From Clostridia bacterium (lineage in GTDB: Bacteria > Bacillota > Clostridia > TANB77 > CAG-465): DNA of 64,000 bases. The stretch covers positions 4,990 through 68,989 of the forward strand of contig JAVWPP010000002.1 of the NCBI GenBank assembly GCA_036635835.1. Direction: 5' to 3'. This document shows positions 19,904 through 30,369 of this stretch, piece after piece (the first letter of the stretch is position 1; each line of letters starts with the position of its first letter). Under the pieces are notes generated by a model. The model saw only the letters and a program-made list of their open reading frames with translations. It did no database searches and had not been told where the DNA came from. A program made the position numbers and the translations under genes.

Positions 19904-20328
19904 TTTATTTATTAGCTATCGCAATTATTATAGCTTTATTCATGTTATTTTCATTATATATAATTGTTTTACAAAATTCAATAATAATTTCAAGCGTCAA
20001 AAATACAGTCTATTATTTAGCACAAAATTCTATATTAGATTTTGATAAAGATAATTTAGGATTAGATAAATATGAAATTGATTTGATGGCGACAAGAAAA
20101 CGAATAGAAAATTTATTAAAACTAGAAGAAAAAAATTTCAAAAGGTTCGGAATTAAAAATGTAAGTATAGGCAATATTGAACTAGTAAAAAGCAAAAAAG
20201 ATAAAGAAATAAATCAAATGATAATAGAAATGAATTTTGATGTCGAACCTATTATAATGAAGCAAAAAATAAAGACGAAAAAAATAAAAATGAAAGAATA
20301 TATAAAAATGAACTTGATGGAGATATAA
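19876..20328 (+). CDS. TadE-like pseudopilin candidate
   Basis: TTG start 8 nt after AAGGAGAG. KKSG followed by the hydrophobic helix MIYLLAIAIIIALFMLF. Confidence 0.35.
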   Translation: MVKHKKSGMIYLLAIAIIIALFMLFSLYIIVLQNSIIISSVKNTVYYLAQNSILDFDKDNLGLDKYEIDLMATRKRIENLLKLEEKNFKRFGIKNVSIGNIELVKSKKDKEINQMIIEMNFDVEPIIMKQKIKTKKIKMKEYIKMNLMEI

Positions 20329-20329
20329 G

Positions 20330-20734
20330 ATGAAAAAAGGAAGCGCAGCAATAACAGTACCAATAACAACAGCTATCTGCATGATAATGATAGCAATATT
20401 ATTTATAAATATAATCAATTATATTATCCCCTTTATATGGTATGAGAAATTACAAATAATATGCCAAAAGTACACATACGTAATAGAGCAATTTGGGTAT
20501 CTTAAAGTAGGTGAAATAGATGATCTAAAAACTGAATTAAAAAGAAAAGGGTTCAAATTAGAAAATATAACATTTAAGATTCCAGAAGAAGAAAAAGAAT
20601 ACGGTAGTTTGTTTGAATTTTCTGTTAAATATATGTATGAACATAAAACAATTGGCTTTGGTAATGGTGGTGTTGTAAGTAAAAAAAATAACATACCCAT
20701 AGTAATTGAAAAATATGGGTACGTTAAAAAATAA
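20330..20734 (+). CDS. TadE-like pseudopilin
   Basis: MKKGSAAITVPITTAICMIMIAILF resembles the TadE N-terminal motif GSAAVEFALV. Confidence 0.45.
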   Translation: MKKGSAAITVPITTAICMIMIAILFINIINYIIPFIWYEKLQIICQKYTYVIEQFGYLKVGEIDDLKTELKRKGFKLENITFKIPEEEKEYGSLFEFSVKYMYEHKTIGFGNGGVVSKKNNIPIVIEKYGYVKK

Positions 20735-21346
20735 TTAAACTTTACAAAGTTTTTGAAGAGCTTTATTTTTAATTATTAATGTTGCTTTTTCTAGAATAAC
20801 AGATTGATTAGTATTACCACAGAAGTATTCTTCACAATATTCTGATGCAATGATAAAAGTTTTTAAAAATCTTTTGTTTTTAACAGTAGTTTCTTTAAAA
20901 AGTATATAATATGAGTTTTTATACTTATAAAGTGAATTAAAGCCTAAATATAAGTTTTCATTTAGTGCTTTTTTCGAAAAGTCTAATATATCATCTAGTG
21001 AATTAAATCTAAAAATATTACTAGATACAGAATATTTGATTTTATATTTAAATGGTTCATAATTCTTCGAGTTATATTTGCTTATAGCAGGAACAACATC
21101 TTCAAAAACACGAGTGATTGTTAAGATAAAACAATCATCACTACTAGTAGAGGCTTCAACTAAAAGTTGAGAATCTTCAAGTAAAAACTCTTCCTCTAAT
21201 TCAGTTTCCTCAAATATCTTGAAAAAAATTTGTTGAGCTTTAGAAGAATCTTTTACTAAATCGGTTAAAGAAATTTCTCTTTCATCTAATTCTTCGAAAC
21301 TCAATGTTATTCTAATTTTATCATTACTTAGTTTTTCAACTTTCAA
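20735..21346 (-). CDS. mecA: adaptor protein MecA
   Basis: MKVEKLSNDKIRITLSFEELDERE N-terminus, acidic linker and a C-terminal LYKYKNSYYILFKE segment parallel B. subtilis MecA. Confidence 0.65.
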   Translation of the reverse strand: MKVEKLSNDKIRITLSFEELDEREISLTDLVKDSSKAQQIFFKIFEETELEEEFLLEDSQLLVEASTSSDDCFILTITRVFEDVVPAISKYNSKNYEPFKYKIKYSVSSNIFRFNSLDDILDFSKKALNENLYLGFNSLYKYKNSYYILFKETTVKNKRFLKTFIIASEYCEEYFCGNTNQSVILEKATLIIKNKALQKLCKV

Positions 21347-21476
21347 CTGGTATTCCTCCTTTTTCTTTAGTATATGTATTATATGACTAAAAGGTTAAAG
21401 TGTCAATATATACAGCAACTTATATTAATATTTTAAGTTAAAATGATAAAAATATACTTAATTTTATGGTAACTAG

Positions 21477-21505
21477 TTGAAAAAATTTATAATGTGTGAT
21501 ATACT
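21477..21505 (+). promoter_or_regulatory. promoter candidate for rpsF-ssb-rpsR
   Basis: TTGAAA, 17-nt spacer, extended -10 TGaTATACT. Confidence 0.45.
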
Positions 21506-21570
21506 TGAGAAGTTAATTTTCCTTTGCTCTATACTAGATATAGGGCCTGGACCAAGAGGGGGTGAAAAAA

Positions 21571-21849
21571 ATGATGAACGCATACGAAATGATTACAATT
21601 TTAACAAGTAACGTAACTGATGAAACTAGAGATGAATTTATTCAAAAAATGAAAGATTTAATAGGAGCAGAAGTTGATGTAACTGTTGAAGATTGGGGAA
21701 GAAAAAAATTAGCATACGAAATCAAAAAACAAAACGAAGGTTACTACTTAATGTTTACATTTAGTTCTAATCCGTCAGATATTGCTGAAATGGAAAGAGT
21801 TTTAAGACTTAACGATACTGTATTAAAACATATGGTAATAAAAAAATAA
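21571..21849 (+). CDS. rpsF: 30S ribosomal protein S6
   Basis: MNAYEMITIL...GRKKLAYEI. ATG sits 7 nt after AGAGGGGGTG. Confidence 0.9.
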   Translation: MMNAYEMITILTSNVTDETRDEFIQKMKDLIGAEVDVTVEDWGRKKLAYEIKKQNEGYYLMFTFSSNPSDIAEMERVLRLNDTVLKHMVIKK

Positions 21850-21884
21850 TACAATAGAAAATTAACGGATTAGGAGGTCATTGT

Positions 21885-22301
21885 ATGAATAAGTTTCAAT
21901 TAATGGGCAGATTGACAAGAGACCCAGAACAAAGATCAACAGCAAATAATTTGCTAGTTACTACATTCTCTTTAGCAGTAAACAGAAAATATGTAGCGCC
22001 AGGACAAGAAAGACAAGCGGATTTCTTTAATGTGGTGGCATATGGAAAGATGGCTGAATTTTGTAGCAAATACTACAAAAAAGGTCAACAAGTTTTAGTT
22101 GAAGGCAGAATGCAGAACAGAACTTGGGAAGATCAAAATGGACAAAAAAGATATTCAACAGATTATATTGTTGAAAATGGTTATTTTGCTGACTCAAGAA
22201 GAGATGGAGATTCTGGAAACATGATGTCAAATAATGTGCAAGGATCAAGCGCAGATGGAGAATTTATCACAATAGATGATAATGAAGATTTGCCATTCTA
22301 A
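21885..22301 (+). CDS. ssb: single-stranded DNA-binding protein
   Basis: OB-fold N-terminal region and an acidic C-terminal tail DDNEDLPF. Confidence 0.9.
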   Translation: MNKFQLMGRLTRDPEQRSTANNLLVTTFSLAVNRKYVAPGQERQADFFNVVAYGKMAEFCSKYYKKGQQVLVEGRMQNRTWEDQNGQKRYSTDYIVENGYFADSRRDGDSGNMMSNNVQGSSADGEFITIDDNEDLPF

Positions 22302-22331
22302 ATGAAAATAAAAAGGAAGGAGTGAACCAAA

Positions 22332-22592
22332 ATGGCTGAGAAAAAAGTAAGAAAAAGTAATGATAAAGAAAAAAGTTTCAGAAGACCAAGAAAAAAAGTT
22401 TGTGTATTCTGTGCTGAACATATCGATGAAATAGATTATAAAGACGTAGAAAAATTAAAAAAATTCGTAAGTGATAAAGGTAAAATATTACCTAGAAGAG
22501 TAACTGGAACATGTGCTTTACATCAAAGAAAAGTAACTGTAGCAGTAAAAAGATCTAGAACAATAGCTTTATTACCATTCGTAGTTGAATAA
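22332..22592 (+). CDS. rpsR: 30S ribosomal protein S18
   Basis: [11 protein letters not shown]...[16 protein letters not shown]. Confidence 0.9.
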   Translation: MAEKKVRKSNDKEKSFRRPRKKVCVFCAEHIDEIDYKDVEKLKKFVSDKGKILPRRVTGTCALHQRKVTVAVKRSRTIALLPFVVE

Positions 22593-22607
22593 TAGTAAAA
22601 TAAAAAA

Positions 22608-22638
22608 TAGAATAGAGTAAAATCTATTCTATTTTTTT
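22608..22638 (+). terminator. intrinsic terminator after rpsR
   Basis: Stem tagaatagag/tctattcta followed by T7. Confidence 0.65.
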
Positions 22639-22709
22639 GTTAAAAACAGAGTTATCGTTTATTTTTCTAACAAAAAGTGATATAATATCACAAGCAGGAG
22701 GGTGGAATA

Positions 22710-25700
22710 ATGAATAGATGTATAAAAGACGTTTTTAAGGATTGTAATGAAATAAACGAAGTAATAGGGAGCATAATAATTAATGAATTAAAATATTCTA
22801 AAAAACAAGGCATAATAATAATAGATTCAAAATCTGAATGTTTATTATCACCATCAGACATAGGAAAATTAGAGAGAAATATAAAGAGTAAATATGAATT
22901 AAATAGTTGTATATTTAATTACCAATATACTGGTGAAAAATTTAATATAGATAATGATATAATCAAAAAAATGATAAATAGATATTGTGAGAGTAATACT
23001 TATGCTACTCCAATATTTAGAGAATGTGAAATAGATATAGCAGGAAATAATATTATATTCAAATTTCCTGAAATGTATTCAAGTATATTGAAAATACGTA
23101 AAGCAGATAAACAGCTTTCACAAGACTTCTTGAAATATTATAATAAAAAATTTACGTTTACATTTGAAGATAGTGAAAATGCTAAAAAAACAATTATAAA
23201 AGATAATACTGTAAATCTAGAAACTTTAAAAAATGAACAAAAAGCAGAAAAGTATGTACAAAATGAAATACAACTAGAAGATAAAAAAAGTACCAAAGAT
23301 ATCATCAAAAATGATGAAAACTTAATTTTAGGAAAGCCTATTTATGGAGAAGTAACGCCTGTTTCTCAGGTTTCCGAATCGTATAAAGTAATAATAGAAG
23401 GACAAATATGTGATAAAGAAGAAAGAAGTTTGAAAAATGATAAAACACTTTTAACTTTAGATGTAACAGACTTGAAAAATACAATAACAGTTAAAATGTT
23501 TGTATCTAATAGCAAAATAGAAGAATTAAGTCCTAAACTAAAAAAATTTGGCATGATTAAAGTATCTGGAAGAGCAGCTTACGATAATTATTCAAAGAGC
23601 ATAACTATTACTGCTACTTCTATTGAAAAATCAGATTTTAAAGTACCATCAAGGATGGATAATAGCATAGAAAAAAGAGTAGAATTGCATTTGCATACTA
23701 AAATGAGCGCTATGGATGCAGTTTCAAGTCCAACAGACATAGTAAAAGAAGCTATAAAATGGGGGCATAAAGCAATTGCAATAACAGATCATGGTGTTGT
23801 ACAAGCTTTTCCAGAAGCACATTTAGCATCAGTGGTGAATAATTTTGTTCCAACAGAAGAAAAAGAATATAAAATAAAAATTCTTTATGGAATGGAAGGA
23901 TATTTAATAGATGATTTAAATGTAATAGACATAGAAGAACCCACATATTGTATTTTAGATATTGAAACAACAGGATTTGACAGAAAAGAAAATAGAATAA
24001 CTGAAATAGCTGTTGCAAAAGTAAAAAATGGCGAAATAATAGACGAATTCTCTACTTTTGTAAATCCCAAAGTAAGAATACCAGCTAATATAGTAGAATT
24101 AACTAATATAACTGACGAACTTGTTAAAGACGCGCCAACAATACAGGAAGTAATGCCTGAATTTATAGAATTTATAGGTGATAGTATACTTGTTGCACAT
24201 AATAGTCCGTTTGATATACCATTTCTTAAATATAAAGCTATAACAGAATGTGGAGGAATAGATTTTCACAATTTAAATATTGATACTCTACACATATCAA
24301 GATCTATATATCCGGAATTTTCATCTCATAAATTAGGAGATGTGGCTAATAAACTAGATATAGAGGTTCTTGTAGCACATAGAGCAATTGATGATGTGCA
24401 TACTACAGTAAAAGTGTTTAATAAAATGAATCAGAAAATAAAAGAAAATGGTTTTCATATATTTGAATATGCATCTGATTCAGATCAATTATTTGCAAAA
24501 CAAAATATGAAAGCTAGAGAAAGAAATAAATTAGAAAAGCCATATCATATAATTCTATTTGCCAAAAACTATGTAGGTTTAAAAAACTTATATAAAATTG
24601 TGTCATATTCTAATTTGAGGCACTTTAAAGGCAAGCCTAGAATACCCAAATCTTTATTAAAAATGTATAGCGAAGGTATAATTATAGGTAGTGCATGTGA
24701 GCAAGGCGAAGTGTATAAAGCGGTACTAGAAAATGCGCCACAAAGTAAGATTGAAAATTTAATGAAGTTTTATGACTATTTAGAGATACAGCCAATTGGA
24801 AATAACGCATTTATGCTTAGAAAAAACCCTTCTAAAGAAGATAAATTCCCAATGATAAAAACAGAAGAAGATTTGAAAGACGTAAATAGAAAAATAGTAG
24901 AGCTAGGAGAAAAATATAATAAATTAGTAGTTGCAACATGTGATACGCATTTTTTAAATCCAGAGGATTCAATATACAGAGAATTTATTCAAGAAAGTCA
25001 AGGATATGATGATTTTGATAAACAACCGCCTCTATTTTTAAGAACAACTGAAGAGATGCTTAATGAGTTTTTATATTTAGGTGAAAAAAAAGCCAAAGAA
25101 ATAGTAATAACAAATACAAATAAAATTGCAGACATGATTGATCAAATACAACCGGTTCCAGATGGCACTTATCCACCTTCTATCGAAAACGCTGAAACAG
25201 ATATAGAAAATATGTGCTATGAAAAAGCAAAAGAAATATATGGAGATCCGCTGCCAGAAATAGTAGATGCAAGACTAAAAAAAGAACTTACATCAATAAT
25301 TAAGCATGGTTTTGCCGTAATGTATATGATAGCACATAAACTAGTTAAAAAATCTAACGAATGGGGCTATCTGGTTGGTTCTAGAGGATCTGTAGGATCG
25401 TCTTTTGTTGCTACTATGAGTGGTATAACTGAAGTAAATCCACTTCCTCCTCACTATATTTGCCAAAAATGCAAATACAGTGAATTTGTTGACACAGACG
25501 TAACAACTGGTGTAGATATGGAAGATAAAAATTGTCCAAATTGTAACATACATATGAAAAAAGATGGAATGGATATACCTTTTGAAACGTTTTTAGGTTT
25601 TAAAGGAGATAAAGTTCCAGATATCGATCTAAATTTTTCTGGAGATGTGCAGTCTAAAATACATGCGTACACAGGCGAACTTTTTGGAGAAGGAAAAACA

Positions 25701-27101
25701 TTTAAAGCAGGAACTATAGGAACTATTGCAGAAAAAACAGCTTTAGCATACGTTATTGGATATTATAAAGATTTAAATAAAACAGCGGTACTACCTGAAA
25801 TGAAAAGACTTTCTCAGGGGTGCGTTGGAGTAAAAAAATCTACTGGGCAGCATCCAGGTGGTGTTATAGTAGTCCCACATGATAAAGATATATATGATTT
25901 TTGTCCAGTACAACATCCAGCAGATGATGTAACTTCAAGTATAATAACAACGCATTTTGATTTCCATTCAATACATGATAATCTTTTAAAATTAGATATG
26001 CTAGGGCATGATGATCCTACAATAATAAAAATGCTTGAAAATTTAACAGGAGTTGATGCAAAAACAATTCCATTAGATGAACCAGGCGTAATGTCATTAT
26101 TTAAATCTACCGAAATATTAGGTGTAACACCAGAACAAATATATTCAGAAACAGGCACCTATGCAGTGCCGGAATTTGGAACAAAATTTGTTAGACAAAT
26201 GCTTAAAGATACCAAACCTACAACATTCGGTGAACTTGTAAGAATATCAGGACTTTCTCATGGTACAGATGTGTGGTTAGGAAATGCACAAACTTTAATA
26301 CAAGAAAAAACAACAACTCTTAAAGACTCAATATGTTGTCGTGATGATATTATGATTTATTTAATAAAAATGGGCATGGATCCGGGGCTTTCATTTAAAA
26401 CAATGGAAAGTGTAAGAAAAGGTAAGGGTCTTAAGCCTGAAATGAGAGAAGCAATGGAAGCTGCAAATGTACCTTTATGGTATATTGAATCATGCTTAAA
26501 AATTAAATACATGTTTCCAAAAGCACATGCTGCTGCGTATGTAATGATGGCTTATAGGATAGCTTATTATAAAGTATATTATCCAAAAGAATTTTATGCT
26601 ACATATCTAACAATAAGAGCAAATACTTTTGATAGTGATATTATGCTTGGTGGATTAAATGCAGTAAAACAAGCTATGGTTGATATAGATAACGATGTAA
26701 CACCAACACTTAGATATATGTCAGAGAAAGCTTTGCTTAAATTAGACGATATAGATAAAAAAGTACAAAATAAAGATAAAGATGTTTATGGAGTTTTAGA
26801 AGTTGTTAATGAAATGTTAGAAAGAAAAATTAATTTTTTACCGGTTGACCTTTATAAGTCAGATGCAGTATCTTTTTTAGTAGAAGAAGATGGCATAAGA
26901 CCGCCACTTAGTGCATTAAATTCATTTGGTGAAATTGCTGCAAAACAATTAGTAGATGCACGAAAAGGAGAAAAATTTGATTCTCAACAAGATGTTTTAT
27001 ATAGAGCAAAACTAGGTAAAACAGCGATGCAAATTTTAGAAAAAAATAATTGTTTCGAAGGCTTACCTAAATCTGATCAACTAGATTTTTTCGAAATGTA
27101 A
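22710..27101 (+). CDS. polC: DNA polymerase III PolC-type (1463 aa)
   Basis: PHP domain HLHTKMSAMD, DEDDh exonuclease motifs, Zn finger CQKCKY...CPNC and the length are diagnostic of Gram-positive PolC. Confidence 0.95.
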   Translation: MNRCIKDVFKDCNEINEVIGSIIINELKYSKKQGIIIIDSKSECLLSPSDIGKLERNIKSKYELNSCIFNYQYTGEKFNIDNDIIKKMINRYCESNTYATPIFRECEIDIAGNNIIFKFPEMYSSILKIRKADKQLSQDFLKYYNKKFTFTFEDSENAKKTIIKDNTVNLETLKNEQKAEKYVQNEIQLEDKKSTKDIIKNDENLILGKPIYGEVTPVSQVSESYKVIIEGQICDKEERSLKNDKTLLTLDVTDLKNTITVKMFVSNSKIEELSPKLKKFGMIKVSGRAAYDNYSKSITITATSIEKSDFKVPSRMDNSIEKRVELHLHTKMSAMDAVSSPTDIVKEAIKWGHKAIAITDHGVVQAFPEAHLASVVNNFVPTEEKEYKIKILYGMEGYLIDDLNVIDIEEPTYCILDIETTGFDRKENRITEIAVAKVKNGEIIDEFSTFVNPKVRIPANIVELTNITDELVKDAPTIQEVMPEFIEFIGDSILVAHNSPFDIPFLKYKAITECGGIDFHNLNIDTLHISRSIYPEFSSHKLGDVANKLDIEVLVAHRAIDDVHTTVKVFNKMNQKIKENGFHIFEYASDSDQLFAKQNMKARERNKLEKPYHIILFAKNYVGLKNLYKIVSYSNLRHFKGKPRIPKSLLKMYSEGIIIGSACEQGEVYKAVLENAPQSKIENLMKFYDYLEIQPIGNNAFMLRKNPSKEDKFPMIKTEEDLKDVNRKIVELGEKYNKLVVATCDTHFLNPEDSIYREFIQESQGYDDFDKQPPLFLRTTEEMLNEFLYLGEKKAKEIVITNTNKIADMIDQIQPVPDGTYPPSIENAETDIENMCYEKAKEIYGDPLPEIVDARLKKELTSIIKHGFAVMYMIAHKLVKKSNEWGYLVGSRGSVGSSFVATMSGITEVNPLPPHYICQKCKYSEFVDTDVTTGVDMEDKNCPNCNIHMKKDGMDIPFETFLGFKGDKVPDIDLNFSGDVQSKIHAYTGELFGEGKTFKAGTIGTIAEKTALAYVIGYYKDLNKTAVLPEMKRLSQGCVGVKKSTGQHPGGVIVVPHDKDIYDFCPVQHPADDVTSSIITTHFDFHSIHDNLLKLDMLGHDDPTIIKMLENLTGVDAKTIPLDEPGVMSLFKSTEILGVTPEQIYSETGTYAVPEFGTKFVRQMLKDTKPTTFGELVRISGLSHGTDVWLGNAQTLIQEKTTTLKDSICCRDDIMIYLIKMGMDPGLSFKTMESVRKGKGLKPEMREAMEAANVPLWYIESCLKIKYMFPKAHAAAYVMMAYRIAYYKVYYPKEFYATYLTIRANTFDSDIMLGGLNAVKQAMVDIDNDVTPTLRYMSEKALLKLDDIDKKVQNKDKDVYGVLEVVNEMLERKINFLPVDLYKSDAVSFLVEEDGIRPPLSALNSFGEIAAKQLVDARKGEKFDSQQDVLYRAKLGKTAMQILEKNNCFEGLPKSDQLDFFEM

Positions 27102-27178
27102 AAAGGTTAAAATAATTCGTTAAAACTATTGTAAATCCGGCTTATTTATAGTATATATATAAGTGGGAGGATGATCAT

Positions 27179-27508
27179 ATGAAAATTGATTTAACAGGAA
27201 TACATGTAGAAGTTACAGAAGGAATGAGAACATTTGTAAATCAAAAGGTTAACAAATTAGCTAAATTCTTTCCAGAAGATACAATAGCTCACGTTACTGT
27301 CGCAACCGAGAACGACAAAAAACATGTAGATATTCGTATAGAAGCAAAAGGACATACATTCTTAGCAGAAGAAACTACTGAGGATATGTACGCTGCAATT
27401 GATACTCTTACTACTAAAATCGAAGGACAAGCAAGAAGAGAAAAAGACAAAAATGAGAATAAACGTTATGAATCAGTCTCTATTCAAGTAGAAACTGAAG
27501 AAGAATAA
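27179..27508 (+). CDS. hpf: ribosome hibernation factor (short HPF/RaiA/YfiA family)
   Basis: 109 aa with MKIDLTGIHVEVTEGMR and a sigma54-modulation/S30EA-like fold pattern. Confidence 0.7.
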   Translation: MKIDLTGIHVEVTEGMRTFVNQKVNKLAKFFPEDTIAHVTVATENDKKHVDIRIEAKGHTFLAEETTEDMYAAIDTLTTKIEGQARREKDKNENKRYESVSIQVETEEE

Positions 27509-27521
27509 TTTTTCAGATAGA

Positions 27522-27546
27522 AAGAAGGGTATATCCCTTCTTTTAT
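27522..27546 (+). terminator. intrinsic terminator after hpf
   Basis: gaaggg tatat cccttc followed by TTTT. Confidence 0.55.
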
Positions 27547-27658
27547 TATGTAATCGGCTAAATATATATGTTACAACATTAAATCCACACTTTTCATATG
27601 TTAGATTGTCCAGTTCATGCCATTTTGTAGTATTTTTCTAACAAAACTATAATTATTC

Positions 27659-27688
27659 TTGACATTCTTATGTTAATTGTTGTATACT
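27659..27688 (+). promoter_or_regulatory. promoter candidate for the sortase gene
   Basis: TTGACA, 18-nt spacer, TATACT, 25 nt upstream of the start. Confidence 0.5.
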
Positions 27689-27712
27689 TAATAAGTATAA
27701 AAGGGTGAAAAA

Positions 27713-28399
27713 ATGAATATAAATAAAAAAAATATAAGTATAATTGTAGCAGTAGTTGTTGTTATAATTATTGCAGTATTAGGATTTAATATAACTAAGG
27801 ATATTGTAACAAATAGCAATAAAAAAACATCTACAGAGTTAACAAAAAAGCTTGAAACATTAAATAAAAAATATCCAGAAGCAAAAGCCTGGTTAAAAGT
27901 AAATAATACAACTATAAATATGCCTGTATTTCAATCTAACGATAATAATAAATATTTAAGATTAAATAGAGATGGAAAAGAAGCTAAATGGGGCGAAGCT
28001 TATTTAGATTACAGAGTAGATTTAAAAAAAATAAACGATAAAAGTAATATTATAATATATGGACATAATACTGAACAAGACACGTTGTTTACGCCATTAT
28101 TAAAATATAAAGACGAAGAATTTTTCAAAAAAAATAAAACAATTCAATTAGCAATTAAAGATAAGGAATATAAATTTGAAATTATATCTGCTTTTGTTAC
28201 AGATACTAGTTATTTTTATATAGATACTGAGTTTAAAAACGTAGAAGAATATGATAATTTTACAAATGAAATAAAAAGTAAAAGCATATACGATACAGGA
28301 GTTAAATTAAAGAGTAACGATACAATATTAACGTTATCTACTTGTGAGTACTCTATAGAAAATGGTAGATTCGTAGTGGTAGCTAGATTAGTTAAATAA
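27713..28399 (+). CDS. srtB: class B sortase
   Basis: N-terminal TM anchor, His motif IIIYGHN, Cys motif TLSTCEY, Arg in RFVVVARL. Confidence 0.75.
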   Translation: MNINKKNISIIVAVVVVIIIAVLGFNITKDIVTNSNKKTSTELTKKLETLNKKYPEAKAWLKVNNTTINMPVFQSNDNNKYLRLNRDGKEAKWGEAYLDYRVDLKKINDKSNIIIYGHNTEQDTLFTPLLKYKDEEFFKKNKTIQLAIKDKEYKFEIISAFVTDTSYFYIDTEFKNVEEYDNFTNEIKSKSIYDTGVKLKSNDTILTLSTCEYSIENGRFVVVARLVK

Positions 28400-28405
28400 A
28401 GAAAA

Positions 28406-28435
28406 GAGCAGTAAATAAAAATTACTGCTCTTTTT
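28406..28435. terminator. bidirectional terminator between srtB and the SASP gene
   Basis: gagcagtaa/ttactgctc hairpin flanked by T-runs on both strands. Confidence 0.55.
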
Positions 28436-28516
28436 AGTTATACTACTTGAATTATATACTATTAATTAAATATAAACATAAATAATAGTAAGACAAAATA
28501 ATTCATAAAATAGAAA

Positions 28517-28720
28517 CTAGTTTTTTCCTGACATTTGGTTTTCAGCTTGCATTATTAATTTCTTAACCATTGCACCACCGATAGAACCAGCTTGTTTAGA
28601 AGTTAAGTCACCGTTGTATCCTTGTTTTAAGTTAACACCGATTTCGTTAGCAACTTCATATTTGAATTTGTTTAAAGCTTCTTTAGCTTCTGGAACTGCT
28701 TTTTGATTTGAACTTGGCAT
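28517..28720 (-). CDS. ssp: alpha/beta-type small acid-soluble spore protein
   Basis: SASP signature segments KYEVANEIGVNL and GSIGGAMVKKLI. RBS aaaggagg. A loose sigma-G-like promoter element lies upstream. Confidence 0.85.
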   Translation of the reverse strand: MPSSNQKAVPEAKEALNKFKYEVANEIGVNLKQGYNGDLTSKQAGSIGGAMVKKLIMQAENQMSGKN

Positions 28721-28919
28721 AATTTGTTCACCTCCTTTTTAACATTAAGTAAAAACTAAATCTTTACTTAGTCATAATTTGTGCAGTAAAAATGAAATAA
28801 TACATTTTAAATCGTTTTTTTCGAAAAAAATTGTGACAGAAAAATTTTTAATATGTCAAACTCATTGCATTTTTATGTAAAGTGTGATAAAATATAAGGG
28901 TAGATTACGGAGGTTAAAT

Positions 28920-30098
28920 ATGAAAAAAATAATATCAATTAGTTTAATAATAATGATATTAGCAATAAATACACAAGTATTTGCAGCATCAATACCTATA
29001 GTTAATATAGGTGGACCCAATAGAGCTGAAGTACAAGTAGGTGGATCAGTAAGTTATACTGTTGCATTTTACGGTGCTAATTCAATTAATTTAAAAAGTT
29101 CAGATATAGGAATCGCGGGTTCTGGTGTAACAGCAGCAAAGACGGTTTCAGGATCTGGTAATACAAGGACAGTTACACTTAGTAATATACAAGGTGAAAT
29201 AGGTAAAGTTGTAAGTATAGCTATTAGATCAGGAGTAGCAACTAACGCATCTGGAAGTTCAGTGCAAACACCTAATTCTATTGGCTTTGTAATAAAACAA
29301 GGTCAATATGATAATGTAAAGCCTTCTATTACAGTAACAGGCCCTTCTAAAAATAATGTAGATTTAGGAGCTTCAGTTGTATATAACGTAAATTATTCAG
29401 ATAAAAGTGGTATAAAGAATATTTCTTTAAATAGTTCAAGTATAGCTTTATTTGGATTTACAGCAAATGTGTCAATTAGCGGAACTGGAACTTCAAGAAG
29501 AATAACATTAAATAACGTTCAAGGCGCAGAAGGTGGCAATAAATATATAAGTATTAAAAGCGGAACAGCAGCGGATATGGTTGGAAATTTAGCTTATGGT
29601 GTAGAAAGAACAACAAAATTTTGTATAAATGCAAAACCAGTTGAAACACCTAGTAATCAAGAAATAAAACCAGTAGAGAATAAGCAAACAGACGTAAACA
29701 AGCCAACTATTAATATTTCTGCACCAAGTGCAACTTCAATTTTAGCAGGTGAAACAATAAGATATGTACTTACATACAATGATGATCAAGGATTACAAAA
29801 TATATCGTTAAAAATTGATGATGTAAAATTAATAGGGTTTACAGCGGATATAACAATAGAAAATGATGAAAATAAAAGAGTGATTATATTATCAAATGTA
29901 CAAGGAGACTTAGAAACTGAAAAATACATATCAATCAATTCGGAAACTGCAGTAGACCTTAAAGGTAACAAAGCAGAAGCTGTAAATAAAACTATTCCAT
30001 TTAAAATAGAAAAAAAAGCAGAAATAAATGATAAAAAATATAATGATGGTAGACCAAATGATTGGATAGAAAATCCAAACACGGGAAAAAACATATAA
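28920..30098 (+). CDS. secreted surface protein with three tandem repeats of about 95 aa, C-terminal NPNTG
   Basis: Signal peptide MKKIISISLIIMILAINTQVFA. Repeats share GFTA[ND].SI.G.G..R.I.L.N[IV]QG. The protein ends ...ENPNTGKNI followed by a stop. Confidence 0.7.
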   Translation: MKKIISISLIIMILAINTQVFAASIPIVNIGGPNRAEVQVGGSVSYTVAFYGANSINLKSSDIGIAGSGVTAAKTVSGSGNTRTVTLSNIQGEIGKVVSIAIRSGVATNASGSSVQTPNSIGFVIKQGQYDNVKPSITVTGPSKNNVDLGASVVYNVNYSDKSGIKNISLNSSSIALFGFTANVSISGTGTSRRITLNNVQGAEGGNKYISIKSGTAADMVGNLAYGVERTTKFCINAKPVETPSNQEIKPVENKQTDVNKPTINISAPSATSILAGETIRYVLTYNDDQGLQNISLKIDDVKLIGFTADITIENDENKRVIILSNVQGDLETEKYISINSETAVDLKGNKAEAVNKTIPFKIEKKAEINDKKYNDGRPNDWIENPNTGKNI

Positions 30099-30104
30099 AA
30101 AAAG

Positions 30105-30133
30105 CACGTAATATAAAAGTTACGTGTTTTTTT
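30105..30133. terminator. bidirectional terminator
   Basis: cacgtaa/ttacgtg hairpin then T7. There is also a T-run on the other strand. Confidence 0.55.
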
Positions 30134-30147
30134 ATTCCTAACTGAAT

Positions 30148-30369
30148 TTATCCTTTAGGAGGAGTTGGATCATTTCCATAACTATCTTTGTCACGGAATT
30201 TTCCGTTTGCTGCATGTATAAAGACTTCAGATTTTTGGTTTATTGCGATCCTTCTTGCTATAACAATAGCTTCTTGTTGTGTATCTACATTTCTTGTAGC
30301 TTTAGAATTTCCTTCACCTCTAACTGACCAACCTCCGTTATTACGTTTTACAACATGTTGATTTGGCAT
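30148..30369 (-). CDS. DUF2188-family small protein
   Basis: MPNQHVVKRNNGGWSVRGEGNSKATRNVDTQQEAI...KDSYGNDPTPPKG. Start chosen at the MPNQ ATG after agaggtga. Confidence 0.6.
   Translation of the reverse strand: MPNQHVVKRNNGGWSVRGEGNSKATRNVDTQQEAIVIARRIAINQKSEVFIHAANGKFRDKDSYGNDPTPPKG

Noticed and set aside
28721-28800. Sigma-G-type forespore promoter upstream of the SASP gene
   Set aside because: gtatta, a 16-nt spacer, then caaatta only loosely fits the GHATR-N17/18-CATNNTA consensus. Too weak to list as a feature without alignment to known ssp promoters.
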